Assembly (NCBI RefSeq): GCF_009914755.1
Contig: NC_060927.1
Source of the DNA: the human T2T-CHM13v2.0 reference genome, Homo sapiens
Strand: one strand, 5' to 3'
Length of the DNA: 64,000 bases
Part shown: piece by piece, positions 1 to 14,714 of the stretch
Position numbering within the stretch: position 1 is the stretch's first letter
Layout: each line of letters opens with the position of its first letter
Made by a program: the position numbers and the translations under genes
Notes under the pieces: model-generated
Database searches by the model: none
What the model saw: the letters and a program-made list of their open reading frames with translations, nothing else
Told to the model about the DNA's origin: nothing

Positions 1-199
1 CGTGCTTCTCAGGAACTTAAGGAATGCAGGTTGAAAAACAAAGCCTGGGAAAGAACAAACTATTGAGAATTTCTAAATGTCAGTGTGATAGGCTTTAGAG
101 GCAGTGAGTGTGGAACCAACTTGTGTTTTCAAAGAGGCTGTATGGATTTGTAATTCAGGGCAGACATGAGCAGAGTTCAAACTAGGGTGACATTGAAGG

Positions 200-360
200 G
201 AAAGGATAGCAAGATATTAATTCAGAACAATTCAGGAGTTGGAATCAGAGGATCTTGATTGTATGCTGGGGATAAAGGCTAGGGAGGAGTCATTGATGCC
301 TCACAGATTTCTGGTTCAGACAATAATGAGAATGATGGTAACATTAGGATTGCGAAACAA
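200..360 (-). mobile_element. L2 fragment
   Basis: ggagtcattgatgcctcacagatttctggttcagacaa...atgatggtaacatt resembles the antisense L2 3' region. Confidence 0.5.
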
Positions 361-864
361 GGTAAGGATCTTCTAAGAAGGCTAGTCAAGATGGGTATGA
401 GTACTGGAAGAGGGTAGCATCATGGGCAGCCTCATGTACCTACACAAAGACCAGAAAACTACGGGAACACATAGGAATAGTATCCAGAGGCCTACCTAGC
501 GTGACCTTAAGGTATGAATAATTCTGCCAAAACGGATACTAAATCTGAGGATCAGGGAGAAGAAAGTTGTTCAAAAATGGAATTGGTTTTATTTTCAAAT
601 TATATAGTTTACTGTATGGATTTTGAGAAATACTCTGGAACATACGTAAATAAATAATAGCAAGGTTTGGGGCATTTATAAAAGAGTGATAAACAGCTAA
701 CTGTGGCAGCAGCAGCTAAAAATTCAGAAGATAAAATAACAGAGTCATGAACAGGTCAGAAGCATACACACATGTACTCATAAGATAGAAATGGAGAGGA
801 AAAAAGGAAGGTGGGGTTCTTTAAATAATCTTCTTAAATAGTAGCAGCTTAAAAATCATAAATA

Positions 865-1020
865 GATAAACTAGATGAAGGGATGGAAAGAAATATCTTA
901 ATGTCTAAGCAGTGAATATATCTGGGTGTTAGGTTTACGGCTCATGTTTATTTTCTTATATAAACCTTTATTTCCTCAATTATGTATGATCAACATGTTA
1001 TACTTTTAAGACTTGAAAAA
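865..1020 (+). mobile_element. Old L1M (L1ME/MC-type) 3' end
   Basis: cagtgaatatatctgggtgttagg...tttattttctt...aacatgttatactttt matches the pattern of an L1M 3' UTR terminus. Confidence 0.5.
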
Positions 1021-2149
1021 GTTACTGAAATGTTTTATAAAAACTTGTTTTTGAAAAATAGAAGAAAAAAAGCATTATGAAATCCTTCAGAGAACAGATT
1101 AGCATTTGGTTTCCTGGTTCTGCTCTCTGTGCATCCAAAGACAGATCTAGGCAGCCCCACAAAGAACAGTCTAGAGCTTTCTTTGCTGAATGATTGGCAG
1201 CCTAGGGCCCTCTGAGAGTTGCAGCCTCACAGGCAATCTGATCCATTCTCATTGGGAAGCCTGGGGCTAAGAGGTAATATTTAGAGTAACACTTACTGTT
1301 AAAACTACTTGAAATACAAAGAAAAATTGTTAGTAATGCAGAGCAGCCACAACTCACAACATCTGCTGTCCCTGAGAAACCAGGACAGATGGAGGTGCTC
1401 TGGCAAATTTTCTTTGGGAGCTCTGGGCTCACTTCACCTTACTAGGACTCACAGTAATGGGGAAACAAAAGGCTCAAATCAACACTGATGGATGCCAATA
1501 ATAAAAGCAGAAAATTTAAATAAGAAATTAACAAGATAATTTCCTGCCTTGATCCTTGCCAAAAAGTAAAATAGGTAAGTCTGATTTTAAGACCCATTCT
1601 TTATATGAGACAAGCCATTAGTGGGAAAAGAAAAACAAAGAGGCAGATTTTGCTCCCACCTCACATTGATCCCTGTCCTTTCTTTCCATGGATCAGTTGG
1701 TTCTGATTCTGTGGCTTTGTGACTTTAGAAATGGAAACACAGGTGTTCAAAGTTATGTGGAATGCCTTCCCTTACTGATCCGTGTCCTCCACCTTCCTTT
1801 TCTCTGGAAGGACTAAAGCCAAGAGCCTGCCTCTTGGGAGCCCCTTCCTACCCACACACATGCAGCTGCTAATCCTCTCCTTCCCTCTCTTTCTTCCATG
1901 TACTCTCAAAAGTGACTCACAGAGTGTTTTAAAAGCTTTATTCATCTGCATTGGATGATTCTCACTTAGGTTGACACGGACATCATCTTCAGTCTCTATT
2001 TAAACTCTGTATACTTTACATTTTATAGAGAACATGAAGTGGCTGGCCCACTTCTATTTCTCTTTCAACATGGTCATAAGAGGTGTGAAGTGGCTGTGAT
2101 CACACAAGGATGAGAAGTTGATGTGGGAAGTTTTTTGCCTGCTTCTCTA

Positions 2150-2420
2150 TAAACAGAATGCCTTTCTAATTTTCACTAGGTCTCAGGCTGGGCTTTACTT
2201 CAGCATGCCATTAGGCTGAAATAATAGAAGAAATAGAAGAAATAGTGGTTACCAGAAGGAGAGTTGTGTCTGTAGTCTTTGGTGGTAGAGGAACACTGCT
2301 ACCAAAAACCACAGAGCAACAGGAAGGGAGCCAGGGGAGTAAATACCCCAGGCTCCCCCTCCTCCTCCATCTAATCTCTAAGTGGTGCCTCCCCTTGGCC
2401 TAAACAGGAATCTGGAGGGG
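2150..2420 (-). mobile_element. ERVL LTR fragment (LTR33-like)
   Basis: ggaagggagccaggggagtaaataccccagg...gtgcctccccttggcc resembles LTR33. Confidence 0.55.
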
Positions 2421-3039
2421 TTTCATTGCATATCTGTACTTATGTGCATGAAAGTACATGCACATAGCTATATAATTTTATTTTACCTAAATATTGTCAT
2501 TATATTTTGTTTTTTGAAATGTTCTTTTTCATCTTAAAATATATGAGAGAAATCTCTGTGATCTCCATTGTAATGGAATGGGACTTGACCAGCAAATACT
2601 GATAATTAGTCTGTGAAAAATTTCTGTAATAGTACAAGAAAGTCAACAATTAGGGTAAAGCTGAGATGAGGCCTTTTATTAGGTTCGCGTTTTATCCAGT
2701 AATATAAATTCACATAAAGAAAATAAGGTGTTAAAGTATTTCAAATCATAAGAATGTTAGATAATATTTTGGTTATTATTTAACACAGATCATTTTCCCA
2801 GTTTAAATATAGAAAAGGGAACTTTTCTGGTTACAAATGTCATTAGGTAATCTCAGTTGAGCAATTTACTGAAAACACAGAAACAAAATATTTCTGAGCT
2901 GTCTCAGGGAGCTGAGTAATTTCTGAGGAGTTCACTTGAGCTAGAAAAAGAAGTTGCCTTTATCTATAAGTAAACTGAAAAGGAGTCATGAGTTTAAATT
3001 TTTGGGGGGATGGTAAAGAATCATGTTTTGAATATTTTA

Positions 3040-5980
3040 TAACATTTTATATTCTCCACTTCACTTCAGTGTCTTACCTTAGTATCACAGTGCTTAAAAG
3101 ACTGGATATTATTCCATGTTAATTATGCACTATAAAGCTATTCATCACTAACATATTGAAGGGCATTTACATTTGTTCCAATTTTTCCTTATTCTAAACT
3201 GCTTGAAACACCCTTTTGAAAATTCTATTGCATCAGTATAGAACACACATACAAAAAAGTACACATAGGGAGTTCAATACATTCTTACTAGGTAGACACG
3301 TTTTAAATAACAGAGCATTGAGAGTCCCAGAAGCCTTCCTCACACCCCCTCCAAAACAGTCTTCTCTCTTTCCTCTTCCACTTTACAAGTGTCATGGCTT
3401 CTAACATTGTCTATTAGCTTTTCTATGGTTAAACTTTACATAAACTGAATGATCTAGTTAGTAGTATGTTACATTTGAACTATTTGGCTCAAAATTATGT
3501 TGTTAGATATATTTATCTTTCAATGTGTAGTTGCAATTTAATATTTTCTTACAGTACTTTATCATTTGAAATGAATAGATATTTGTGTGGTTACTAGTTT
3601 GTGGTGATTAATAATTCCATAAATATTCTTGTATATTCTTACACACAAGAATGCATTTCTGAAAGATATTGCCAGAATACATTGTATGTTCAAATTGATT
3701 AATGACAATATGTTTTCTGAAATATTTGAAGCAAGTAGTCAGTATTAAGCAGTATCCTTGGCTGAGGTGGGTGGATCACTTGAGCCCAGGAGTTCAAGAC
3801 CAGCTTGGGCAAAATTGCAAAAACCCGTTTGTGCAAAAAATACAAAAATTAGCTGGGTGTGGTGGCGCATGTCCCATCTACTAGGGAGGCTGAGGTGGAA
3901 GGATTGCTTGAACCTAAGAGGTTGAGGCTACAGTGAGCCATGATGGCGCCACTGCACTTCAGCCTGAACAACAGAGCAAGATCTTGTCTTAAAAATAAAT
4001 AAAAATAAAATAAAAGTATCCTACTGTTCCACGTTCTTACAAATTATCAAAATTCTTATTTTTAGACATTTTGGTGAATGTGAAGTGATATCTCATGATC
4101 GTTTTATTTTTTATCTTACTGACAATAACTTCATATCATTATTTTCCACCTTTGTATTCTTTTGTGAAGTATTCCTAATTTCTTACAATTTTTGTTAGAT
4201 CATGTTACTGCTTTGTAATTAATTTTTAAGTTAAAATTTTTATTAATTTGAAAGTGTTCTTTATATGTCTTAATGGAAGCCCTCCTTTGTTTCTATATAT
4301 TGAAAACAATCTTTTTCTACTTTGTTTTACTGAATTCTCATGATAAACAGAAGTCGACAATTTAAATGTAGTCCAATTTTAAAGCTTTCCCCTATGACTG
4401 GTATTCTTAGTTTTATTTAAACCTTTGTTATTTTGCAAAGTTATATTCTTTTGAATTCCCCAATTTTACTTTTTACCACTTAAAGATTCATCTGAAATTT
4501 ATTATTTCTGAGTTGTGAAATAGAGAGTAAGACTTTTATTCACATGGACATTCAATTTCCCAAGAAGGGTTATTGAAAACAGTTATTTTCTTCATTGTTC
4601 TTGAGTACTACCGTTATCATAATCAAGTGGTTATATATGCATAAGTCTGTTTCTGTTCTGTCATTCTGTTTACAGCGTTTATTTTACTACCCTGATGCTA
4701 ATAACACAATATCTTAATCATTGTAGCTATAAAATAAATTATGAAAATTAGTAGGGTATGTTTTTTCATTTTCTTCATTGTTCCCCTTGTCCTTTTTCAG
4801 TAATATCTTGCTTCTTTTTGATACAATAGAATGTTGAATGGAGGTGCTGTGGGTAGGCACAAATGGCTTTAACCCTGATATTAAATGTTTTACTTTGCAT
4901 CTAAAATTTATTTTCACGCCTATTAGTTTATAAATATGCTTTACAAGTTTTCTTCTTTTTCTAGTTTGCTAAGAGCTTTCTATCATAGATGTTGACTTTG
5001 TCATACTTTATCTGCATCTCTTGAGTATTCATATATTTTTCTTTTATTTTGTAAATATGGAAACAATATATTTTTGAATGTTAAACCAAACTTTCATTAC
5101 TAGAATATTTTCAATTTAGTTATAAGGTATATAAAGATACAGATATGGATACGGATATGGATAGATTTAGATTTATACATTTTTCGCTATCAATAGCTTC
5201 TGTTATTAGTATTCTTTGTATTTACATTTATAAAAAACAATTTTCCTTTCTCATAATGCCCTTATAAGGCTTTGGTAAGAAGGTCATGGAGGCCTCATGT
5301 AAATATCCAGGAAATATTTATTTGTAGCTGTACTGGAAGAGATATTGTTAAGTCAGTTGTTTTATTCTCCCTCATAGATTAGGAAGGTTTACTATTAAAA
5401 CTACCTGTGCCTGGTATAGTTTGTGAGAAGTTTTTTTTTCTTTTTTGAATGTCATAGATTGATTTTTTCTCACTAGTCATAGAGCTATTGTATTTTTCAA
5501 TAATTTTATATTAATTTTGATAAGTTTTACTTTTTCAGGAGTCAATTTCAACTAATCATTCCTCATTATTTTAATGCTTTTATCTTCTTGAACATATGAT
5601 TCCAATTTACAAAAGCTGTGTGATTATACTCATATTCTAATTCTCTAATCTCTGTCATTTTTAGGTCTGTTTCTATTAATTTTTTTTCCTAGTTATGGGC
5701 ACATACTACTGTTTTGTTATGCCCAGGAATTTCTGACTTTTGGATACTTCGAATTTTATATTGTTTGGTGCTAAATTTTGGTGTATTCCTTTAAATATGG
5801 CTGGACATCTTTTCTGACTTACAGTTACTAAAGATCACTGTATTCTTTTCCATGCATGTTTTCATGCTTTGTTATTGTGAATGTAATCTTTATCACATAA
5901 GGCCAATTTAATCTCACTACTAAACCAATCATCATCTGAAGACACTACCCAATGTCACATTTCATGATGTTCTACTGATT
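3040..5980 (-). mobile_element. Old L1M antisense fragments
   Basis: T-rich degenerate antisense L1 3'UTR/ORF2 text, for example gggcatttacatttgttcca, gtgaagtgatatctcatg and atgttgaatggaggtg. Confidence 0.7.
3760..4014 (+). mobile_element. AluJ, 5'-truncated
   Basis: Contains cacttgagcccaggagttcaagacc and ggattgcttgaacc...gaggctacagtgagccatgat, has an A-tail, and has TSD AGTATCCT at 3751-3758 and 4015-4022. Confidence 0.9.
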
Positions 5981-6836
5981 TAGCTATGAGAGTGCAAATT
6001 ATCTCCCACCTGTGATCCTAGATAGAAAAAAGAAGAAAATGAAGCAGTTTCCAGGCTACAGCACAGGGAAGGAAGAACAATCAAAGCCTGGTCATCTTGC
6101 TGAGTTGATTAGAGAGATCAGAATTAAGGGCCCAAATTGTTAGATTTTCCAAAGAAGAAAACAAAGGAGAACAATCTGCACAGAGAAAGACTTTCAGAGA
6201 TTACAGTCCTGAGATGCTATTGCCCAGTGACTAAAAATGATTGACTCACATAATGTGTTTCGTTTTCTAGTTGTTTATTGTAGGAGTATATAGATCTGGC
6301 CCTTCTTACTCCAGCATGGCTCAGAGTGGAAGTCACAATAACCTTTTTTTGGCAAATTGATTCAATTAAGGATCCCATTTTGCACCCAGTTGCCATGTAG
6401 TCTCCTTTAATCTGGAACAATTTCTCAGTGTTTTTTCTTAGCTTTACAACCTTGATGTTTTTGAAGATTAATGCCAGTCATTTTGTAAAATGTTTCTCAA
6501 CTTGGGTTTGTCTAATGTTTATTTATAATGTTCCTTTAGTTATGCGTTTTTGGACAGAATATTACAGAATTGATACTATATTCTCCTTGCATTCTCTTCT
6601 GTGGTACACAATATTGATTTGTCCCTAACTGGTGGTGTGAACTTGCTGCCTTACTTAAGGTTGTGCCTGCTAGATTTCAACATTGTAGAGTTACTTCTTT
6701 TCCCATTGTAATTAGTATACATTGTAAGAGGAGATACCTTGAGACTATGTAAAACTTTTCTTTCTTATGTCAGTATCACTCACTATTGACATTTCTTGTC
6801 TTCATTTATTATAACTATGTGGTTACTAAATGCTGA

Positions 6837-7178
<342 letters not shown>

Positions 7179-7484
7179 TATTGCTGGAAATCCTACTGTA
7201 AAAAAGAATATTTTCTGTTTATCTATTTATAGCCATGTGGATTGATAGACTCTTAATTTCTTCAGTGGGTAAGAATTCATTACTCCCATTAATTATTTTG
7301 ATACATTCCTTCAGATTTGGCCAGTAATTTTTGTGCTGACTTCTGTTCTTTTTAGGTGTCCCCATCATACTTTGTGCCTACTTCCCAGCATAACATATTC
7401 CAAATTCATTTTTAACTTTCTTTGCCCCAGCCTTGAAATCAGCCATTTCACCAAAAGCCTGTAGACCTTTCAGTATGGAGTCAT

Positions 7485-7645
7485 TTTACATGTATCTTAT
7501 ACATATGTAATTATGTGCATATGCACATATATATCACATACATTACCTATACATATATGATGCATATGTATTATGCATGGTGCAATGATACATATATGTG
7601 TTTACATGTGTATATATATATATATTTCTATATCTACATGTATTT
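7485..7645. repeat. Degenerate (TA/CA/TG)n low-complexity tract
   Basis: Alternating purine-pyrimidine sequence such as acatatgtaattatgtgcatatgcacatatata. Confidence 0.85.
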
Positions 7646-8061
7646 ATTGAAGACCGTGTGTTTACACTGATACCTCTAACTAATGCAACACCACAGGGTT
7701 CATTCTAGCTTTCCACATTTTCATATTTGTATTTTCTTCTCTGGCTTTCATTAGAATCTTGGCTTTCATTTTCCTTAGTGTATTTATTTATCTGTTCATT
7801 TTCCCTACATATAATAAATCTTCTAACCTCCAGGACTGCTTCCCCTCTTAGAGGACTTCATCACATAAGTTCTGACTCTTTCAGGACCACAAGCCAGCTC
7901 TGGCAACTTTCTTGGACATGCCTTAGCTCCTGGTGGGCTGCCTTACTGCCCTGCTCCATTTCCCTCCTCGGTACAGCCAGGAAAGAAGAAAGGCAACCTC
8001 TCTGATGATGATGAGTTTAGATTTTGATTTTGTGAATTTTATTAGTCAACGTGCCAGTCAT

Positions 8062-9400
8062 TTTTTTAAATAAAGTTTTTATTTTAGAGTAGTTATTTTA
8101 TATTTACAGAAAAGCTATATGTTGATATGGAGAGTTTCTGTATACCATACCTCATTCCTTTACCCTATTTTCCCTAACCTTATCATCTTGCATTTTATTA
8201 TCTTACAATTCATAGTATATTTATCACAGCTAAGGAACTAATGCTAGTATATTACTTTTAACTAAACTTGTGGTTCATTTACGTTTCACAAGTTTTTCAC
8301 CCACTGTCCCTCTGCTGTTCCAGAATTCCATTTAGCATATCACATTACATTTATTCATTTTATTTCCTTGGGCTTCTCAATACTGTGACAGTTTTTGATG
8401 ACTGACAGTTCTAAAGAGTACTGATCAGGTACTTTTTAGAATGTCCTTCATTTTGAATTTCTCTGATGATTTTCTCAAGATTGGACTGGAATTATTGGTT
8501 TAGGGGAGGAGGATCACACAGGTAAAGTGCCATTCTCATCACGTCACATAAAGGGTACATTCTATTGATATGACTTATTACAGATGACGTTAGCTTTGGT
8601 CAACTGACCAGGGTGGTGTTTGCCCATTTTCTCTATTGTAAAGTTACTGAAACCACCCCTACAAACTTTATACAATTAATCAGGGAAGAAGGGAGGAGGA
8701 GAAACAAAAATAAACCAAGCTTGCAGCACATCAGAATTGATCATTAAGTCAGCTTATTCTCTGACCTCCTTCCTCATAGTTATTTGGTGCCCCTATTGTC
8801 CCAGAATCAGGCAGACTCTGTTACAAGATTGTAGTTCTTTTTAGCTGCTCTTTAGATAACAACGTGAACGTTACATAACATTAAGCTTTCCCTTTGAGAT
8901 ATTCCTTCAGGTCTTGCCTACTGATAAAACTACTGACACCAGCTGGTCTGATGGATCTTGCTGACATCAACTGGTCCAAAGGAGCCCACAGAAAGCTGAC
9001 TCACCAAAAAAGGCAGTTTCCACACCCTGATGTCTGCATCCCCCTTTCCCCAATAATTCAGCATCCCCAGTTTTCTAGCCCATCACCATCCATGGGCCCT
9101 TTAAAAACCCCAGCTCAGAGTCCCCTGGGGAGATGGATTTGAGGGTCTCCTGTCACTCAGCACGCTGTGATCATTAAATTCTTTGCTGCAGACCCTGTTG
9201 CCTCAGTGTAATGGGTCTGTTACTGCACAGTGGGCATACAAACCTGTTGGTCCTATAACATTACTTTTCACTCCTTTCCACTCTGTACTCTTTTGAAGCA
9301 AGTCACTAAGCAGAACCTGTAGCTAAAGACAGAAGGAGTGCATTAAGCTGGAGGGAGAAGCATGTCCATAAATTAGATGGAAATCTGCTGTTAGGGTTGT
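8062..9400 (-). mobile_element. L1MC/MB-type 3' end split by a solo LTR
   Basis: T-tract then tttattttagagtagtt...tttacagaaaag...; the text ctctattgtaaagttac|ttttcactcc resumes after the LTR. Confidence 0.75.
8648..9260 (+). mobile_element. Solo ERV1 LTR (LTR26-like)
   Basis: TG...CA termini, 613 bp, ATTAAA signal, perfect 4-bp TSD TTAC at 8644-8647 and 9261-9264. Confidence 0.88.
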
Positions 9401-9669
9401 TTCTCCTTTCATCACGTGTGGTGATTTTACACATGCCTCTTAAATGATGCCTGATTTTTTTTTGTCACATACATTTTCTTGGGTTTTATGTTGGTTTGTT
9501 TGCTCTTCCTCATGGTGTTTTGCATTTTTGTGTTTTGTAAATTTTCGGTGCAAGTGTACTATCAGTGGAATCTTATCTGCGGTAATCATGTGCACTATGG
9601 TATAGAAGACATCACTGCTGTTCCATTTCAGAGCCTTTCAGCCTAAATTGCTTTTTGTTTCCATTGCCA

Positions 9670-10114
9670 TTGTGGTGACCAGATCTCCTATGAGTCCTAC
9701 CGGCTTCATGTAGGCACACCCAATATCACCCACCATCACACTCATACCACTTGTCTCTTGCCTGTTGCCTGAAACTTCCCTTTTGATGCCAGGGTTGAGA
9801 ACATCACAGACCTGGCTCAGTAAACACTGACACAGTAGGGTAGCTAATACCTTATGATGAAAACCTTTGACAAATTAAAAGATAGAGCTGTCCTCTTGCT
9901 TCTTCTGGGAAGACTGCCAAGATAAGTCATATGGTTACTTGGAAGAAAGTCCTGTGGGATCAATAAGAAGTCGCACTACCCCAAAACACATCCTTATACT
10001 GGCAGCTTTTCTTCCTTTCCAGTTTAACTCACTTAGTCTCTCACTTACCCTAGTAAAATAGTAGCCCCAAGTCCTTTGCCACAGACTTGGCTTCTAAGGA
10101 ATCTAGGCTAAGAC
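9670..10114 (+). mobile_element. ERVL LTR (LTR16-like)
   Basis: The 3' end gcttctaaggaatctaggctaagaca and upstream cttcctttccagtttaactcact are typical of LTR16. Confidence 0.6.
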
Positions 10115-11121
10115 AACTGCCTCTGCAGAGTCCTCTTGAGATATTACCAGCCTAGGACCACCTTTTGTCTAAATTTATCAGCTTAGGGTTTCCTGGGCCA
10201 TGCAGGCATTGCAAATTTAAATTTAAACTTAAACTCTTACGAGCAGAGTATTACGGTTATACATTCTCAGGGGATTTTTTTTTCTTTTTCTTATGTAGAA
10301 TTTATGGCAAAATAAACAAGTTATTTTTTCTTTATCTCTGAGGTGCCATTTTGTAAAAGCCTGGTCCATCTCATAACTGAAGATGAAGCATTATCAGCAT
10401 CACAGGTTTACATGGGGATGTTAGTATTGGTCCAACATTTTTCCTTCTAAACATATATGGCTTGTAAAACTCTAACTCTCAAATATTTCAGCCACCTCTA
10501 AAGCAGCAGAAACCTCAGTGTCTACTCATGTCTGATTTCAGATTCTTCACTTTTCATTCCTTGATATTTCCCTTACATTCTTTAGAGCCCTGCTGTGCGT
10601 TTAAAATCATGTTTATCATTTCTTCATACAATTTTTTCTAAGTGTTTTATTGGTAGGATGTTCACGATATATTGTCTTCTGTATTCTCAGAAACAGAAAC
10701 CCTAAGTATTTGCAATTCTGCCAGGCTTGGTGATCTGGTCTATAAATGCACATCAACTTCTAAGCAATAATCAAGAGGGGAATTTTCTACAAGTAAGCAC
10801 ATGTCTTTCCTGATAAATAATATGGAAAAAGAGAATACAGAAAAAGTAGGTAGAGGAAAAGTAGGATGCATTGCAGTCTGAGAAGAGTTAGTGCAGGGAC
10901 AATCAGCACTATGTATTTCTGTATACCAGAGGGTCATCCATGTCCTAGGCTTAAATTATTATTATTGTTGATAATGTTGACATGGAGTCATCAAGGAAAT
11001 GCAACATTTAAAAAAGATTCACCATGTTGAAGATAGGAACCCTACATAAGTATATTTAATTCTACTTTTAAAAATAATTGTAAATGCCGTTATTTAAAAG
11101 ACTGAATAATAAGAAGATAAC

Positions 11122-11320
11122 CAATTATTGAGCTTCTAATAGGTGTCAGGTACAGTGCTCTACCTTTTAACTAGCTTGAACAGCATTAGCCTTAATACAA
11201 TAAATCTTCAAGATAACTATTATGAGCTTTGCTTTATAATAAGTGCATTAATGATACATAATTAGTAAGTGGCCTAGACAGAATTACAATTTCTCTGCTC
11301 TATTTTCCTGCACTGCCATT
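11122..11320 (-). mobile_element. MIR
   Basis: ttattgagcttctaataggtgtcaggtacagtgct...ttagtaagtggc. Confidence 0.6.
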
Positions 11321-12400
11321 CTTTCCATCCAGGAAAATCTCTTACTCTGTATACACATTCTCAGAATGTCCCAGGCAGTGAAGGCATTATCATACTTCCT
11401 TGCCTAGGAGATTTCCTGACAATCCAGAAAAAGGCAGCATGTCCCCTATGTCTATCCTTTGGCCCCCATTTATGACCCCTCTGTAGCAGGTTCCAGGATG
11501 GTCAGATCCTCCATCTGTAATGGAGCTATTTTGTCACACTTGCCAAATTTGTGGCATTGAAACTAGTGAGGAGATAAAGAAAGGGCCTGAGTAGTGATTC
11601 AAAAATGACAAAAACAGTAACAAACAGGAGGGACAAGTTTTCAAATATGATAATTCAGCCTGGACAGTTGACAAAGAACAAATGCTCCCTGGATCCCTGT
11701 GGAAATGATAATTTTTAAAAGTAGACTGGGGAGCTTCAGATAATTATTTAGTCCTTTTAAATATTTATGAGTTCCGTGTGCTACATACATTTTAAAAGAC
11801 AGTTGACAACTGCAGCATATATCATCTTGTTCCCTTTGCAAGCTAAAAATAGTCTCTCTTTTTAATGTAAAAACAACACTTTCAGTTTGTTGTTCATGAA
11901 ATAAAAGACTGTAAAATACTAATTTACAGGCATGATGGTAAAGATTTTTATAAGACTTTCTTCTTATAAACTCAGATGAGTAATCAGGTCTGTCACTTTT
12001 GCCTGAGAGAAAGACAACAGAGGCCACTCTTGATGAGTAGTCAGGACTGGGGAGGTGGTTTTAAGAGCCTGAGGTTAAGACTTCTAGTCTCAACCCATGG
12101 GGCACTGGAAGCTTAAGGAATGAACCTAGTCATAGCCCGGAGGAGCAAACTTAGAATCTATCCAGAAATGAGAACCACAAACATGAAAGCATTGGCAGGA
12201 GCAGGAGTAAAAGAGCAGAAAGGAATCAAACTGCTGAGAAGTCAGTCTTGGGCTATTGTTTCAAATAGGGCTCATATTTTTATTCCACTTCCAGAGGGCA
12301 GATGTACGCATGTAGGTAAGTCTAGCAGATTTAAAGGGACCACGGGGTATACCTCCCAGCCTCTTCTGTGTCTTACTGAGGTAAAAAGCATCATAGATGC

Positions 12401-12827
12401 TGTCAGTGCCCCATTCAGATCCACTTTACCAGCAGATATGTCCACTCTCCACCTACTGAGAGTATTGGCTGTTAGCATCCTAGAATCCTTGCTTTCTCAA
12501 AAAAATTGCCCTTGGCCTAAAAGGAGCTATCTTGCTTGATAAGCTGCCCACTGCTCGAGTCAGGATTTGATCAATGATTGATTGACACAGGGTACAAAAC
12601 GCCACCCCTTTTCCCTCAATGTGGGACTTACTCTGCGAGGCAATTCATGCTCCAGAGCTTCCCATGGGATCGGGATGTTGAGAGCACATCCTTACTTAGC
12701 TTCTTCGCCTGCTTCATCCTGCTACCTTTATTGCATTCCACGTTTCACCAAAGAGCATTCCCTCAAGAAATCATTTGGATGAGGATCCCCATCTCAGGCT
12801 TTTTTTCTAGGGAACCCAACTAAGCCA
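12401..12827 (+). mobile_element. ERVL LTR (LTR16C-like)
   Basis: tgtcagtgccccattcagatcc...caattcatgctccagagcttcccatgggatc...catctcaggc..ctagggaacccaactaag. Confidence 0.7.
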
Positions 12828-14714
12828 GAAGGATGGGGGGATACTTTGCTCATCAAACATTAGTGATGGGCCACCCAGAACACAGCAGGAGCTCAGTGAA
12901 CTGAACCATTCTCCATGCTTAAACTTTCTTTCTCCTCCTGAACCCTGGCCTCGTGCTTTAGATCTCACTTCTATGTCACTCTCTGAGTGAACACTTCCTG
13001 CTTGTCCTGACTCTTCTCCTCAGCTCTGGGCTGATCCAGTTTCTCCTTCACTGAGGCTTACATGGTGATTTGCATTGCTTTATGTTATAGACAAATTACA
13101 ATGTATCATAAAGTTGGCTCTAACTTTTATCGAGAGCCCCGTAAAATTTCTAGCTTGTTTTACCTAGAGAGGATGTGGCAGGGTAGAGTTCCATACTTGA
13201 GGTTTTGTTTCTAAGAGTAGCAGTTTCTCCCCACCTCCTTCTGCCAACTGAGGGTACCAAGTTCTCCATTTACCACCTATTTCACACTGTTTGAGGGTGG
13301 CAAGAATGTCCAGAATCAACAGGCATGATATCAGGTCTGTCTGGAAGTCAAGTCTCTAGAAGTCTGTCTTACAGGTGGATGTAATGATAGAAGGGCACTG
13401 GGACCATCAAGGGAACACAATGTCTCCCCAGACAAGACTGGAGAAGTGGGATGGCTCCAGGCCATCCTCATGACTTAAGCATTGTTGCTAAATTCTGTGC
13501 TGAGTCATATAAACAAACCATTTAAAAAAGCAAGGATGGTATACCATCATGGAGCCAGTTATAAAATTGCCAAGGTGCCGGGTTGCCTTGTTACCACCCG
13601 TGGAGAAGCTTCCAGGCCTGAGAAAGCCTGAGCCATGGGCAGAAATGTTGCAGCTGGACTAGTTGAACAGACTGCAGAGGGGGAGCTAGACCCTACATAT
13701 TCCAAAGCAAAGAGCTTTGAAGCCTCATTGAACAACAGCTGGCACATCCCCTTGAGCATCACTGTGCCCTGAGGAGCCTCCACAGACTGGGAGACACCTG
13801 TATACAAAAGCATTTGCAGGCATATGTACACACTGAGGAGCACAGGAAGCCTGCCTGCAGATCTGTGCTGAGACCTGGACGTCTAAGTCTGCTGTACTGA
13901 GTAGTGGAGAAAGCACCTAGGAGGAAACACAATAAACCTGGCTCAAAGGAGCTTCCCTCGACTCAAAAGTGGAGGTCCTGAACTTGTAGCTACTCTTCCT
14001 TCTCACATCTAGGCCAGGAGCCTCCAACTAAAAGCCCTTGATCCAAAGTAGCTAAAGAGTGTTAGGCACATATCAAGAGTCTGATGGGTGGATCAAAAGT
14101 GATGGGTAGGCCCAAGATACCCCAGGAACATCTTCTCAGGCAGAGGATAGGGCTCGATGATGGATAGAAGCAAATAAACCTGTAAGAATCCAACACGCAC
14201 AGGGATTAGCCCTAGCATGGTGGAAAGGCCATACTCAGCCTCAGCTAGCTTATGATTCAGACACAGTCTTTCTGCAATTGGTCCAAAAACCAAGAGAAGA
14301 AAAGGTTTGGTAAGTGTATGGAAAAGCACTCAGAGAACATATCTCTCATGTGGGAAACAATGAAAAATGAAAAAAAGTCTGCTTTTGTCCACACAGCAGC
14401 TGTGAGAAGTGAGAACTTGCTCTCCTATTCAATTATAAAAAAGAGATTATTTCCTGAGCATAATGCTGTCTTTCTCCCAGACCTATAGTTCTTAGTCTGA
14501 GACCCATGCAGTGCAGATCTGCAGCTAGAACCAGTAACTTGAGGGATGGGACAGGGAACATTCAGGACTTACAAGTCATCTAGGTTGCTGCAGAGGTGGG
14601 GGAGGGGGTGGTGGGCGTGGTGTTAGATGCCGTGTCAGGACCCGGCAGATTCAACCCCTTTCCAAGCCTGAGTCTCCATGCCAATGTCCACAGGCTTCTG
14701 ATACCATGAGGAGA

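Noticed and set aside
11641-12823. Cluster of 66-139-aa ORFs
   Set aside because: No recognisable domain, overlapping on both strands, partly inside an LTR16-like element, and of lengths expected by chance.
14595-14622. G-quadruplex
   Set aside because: Only three clear G3+ runs are present, so it is a weak candidate.
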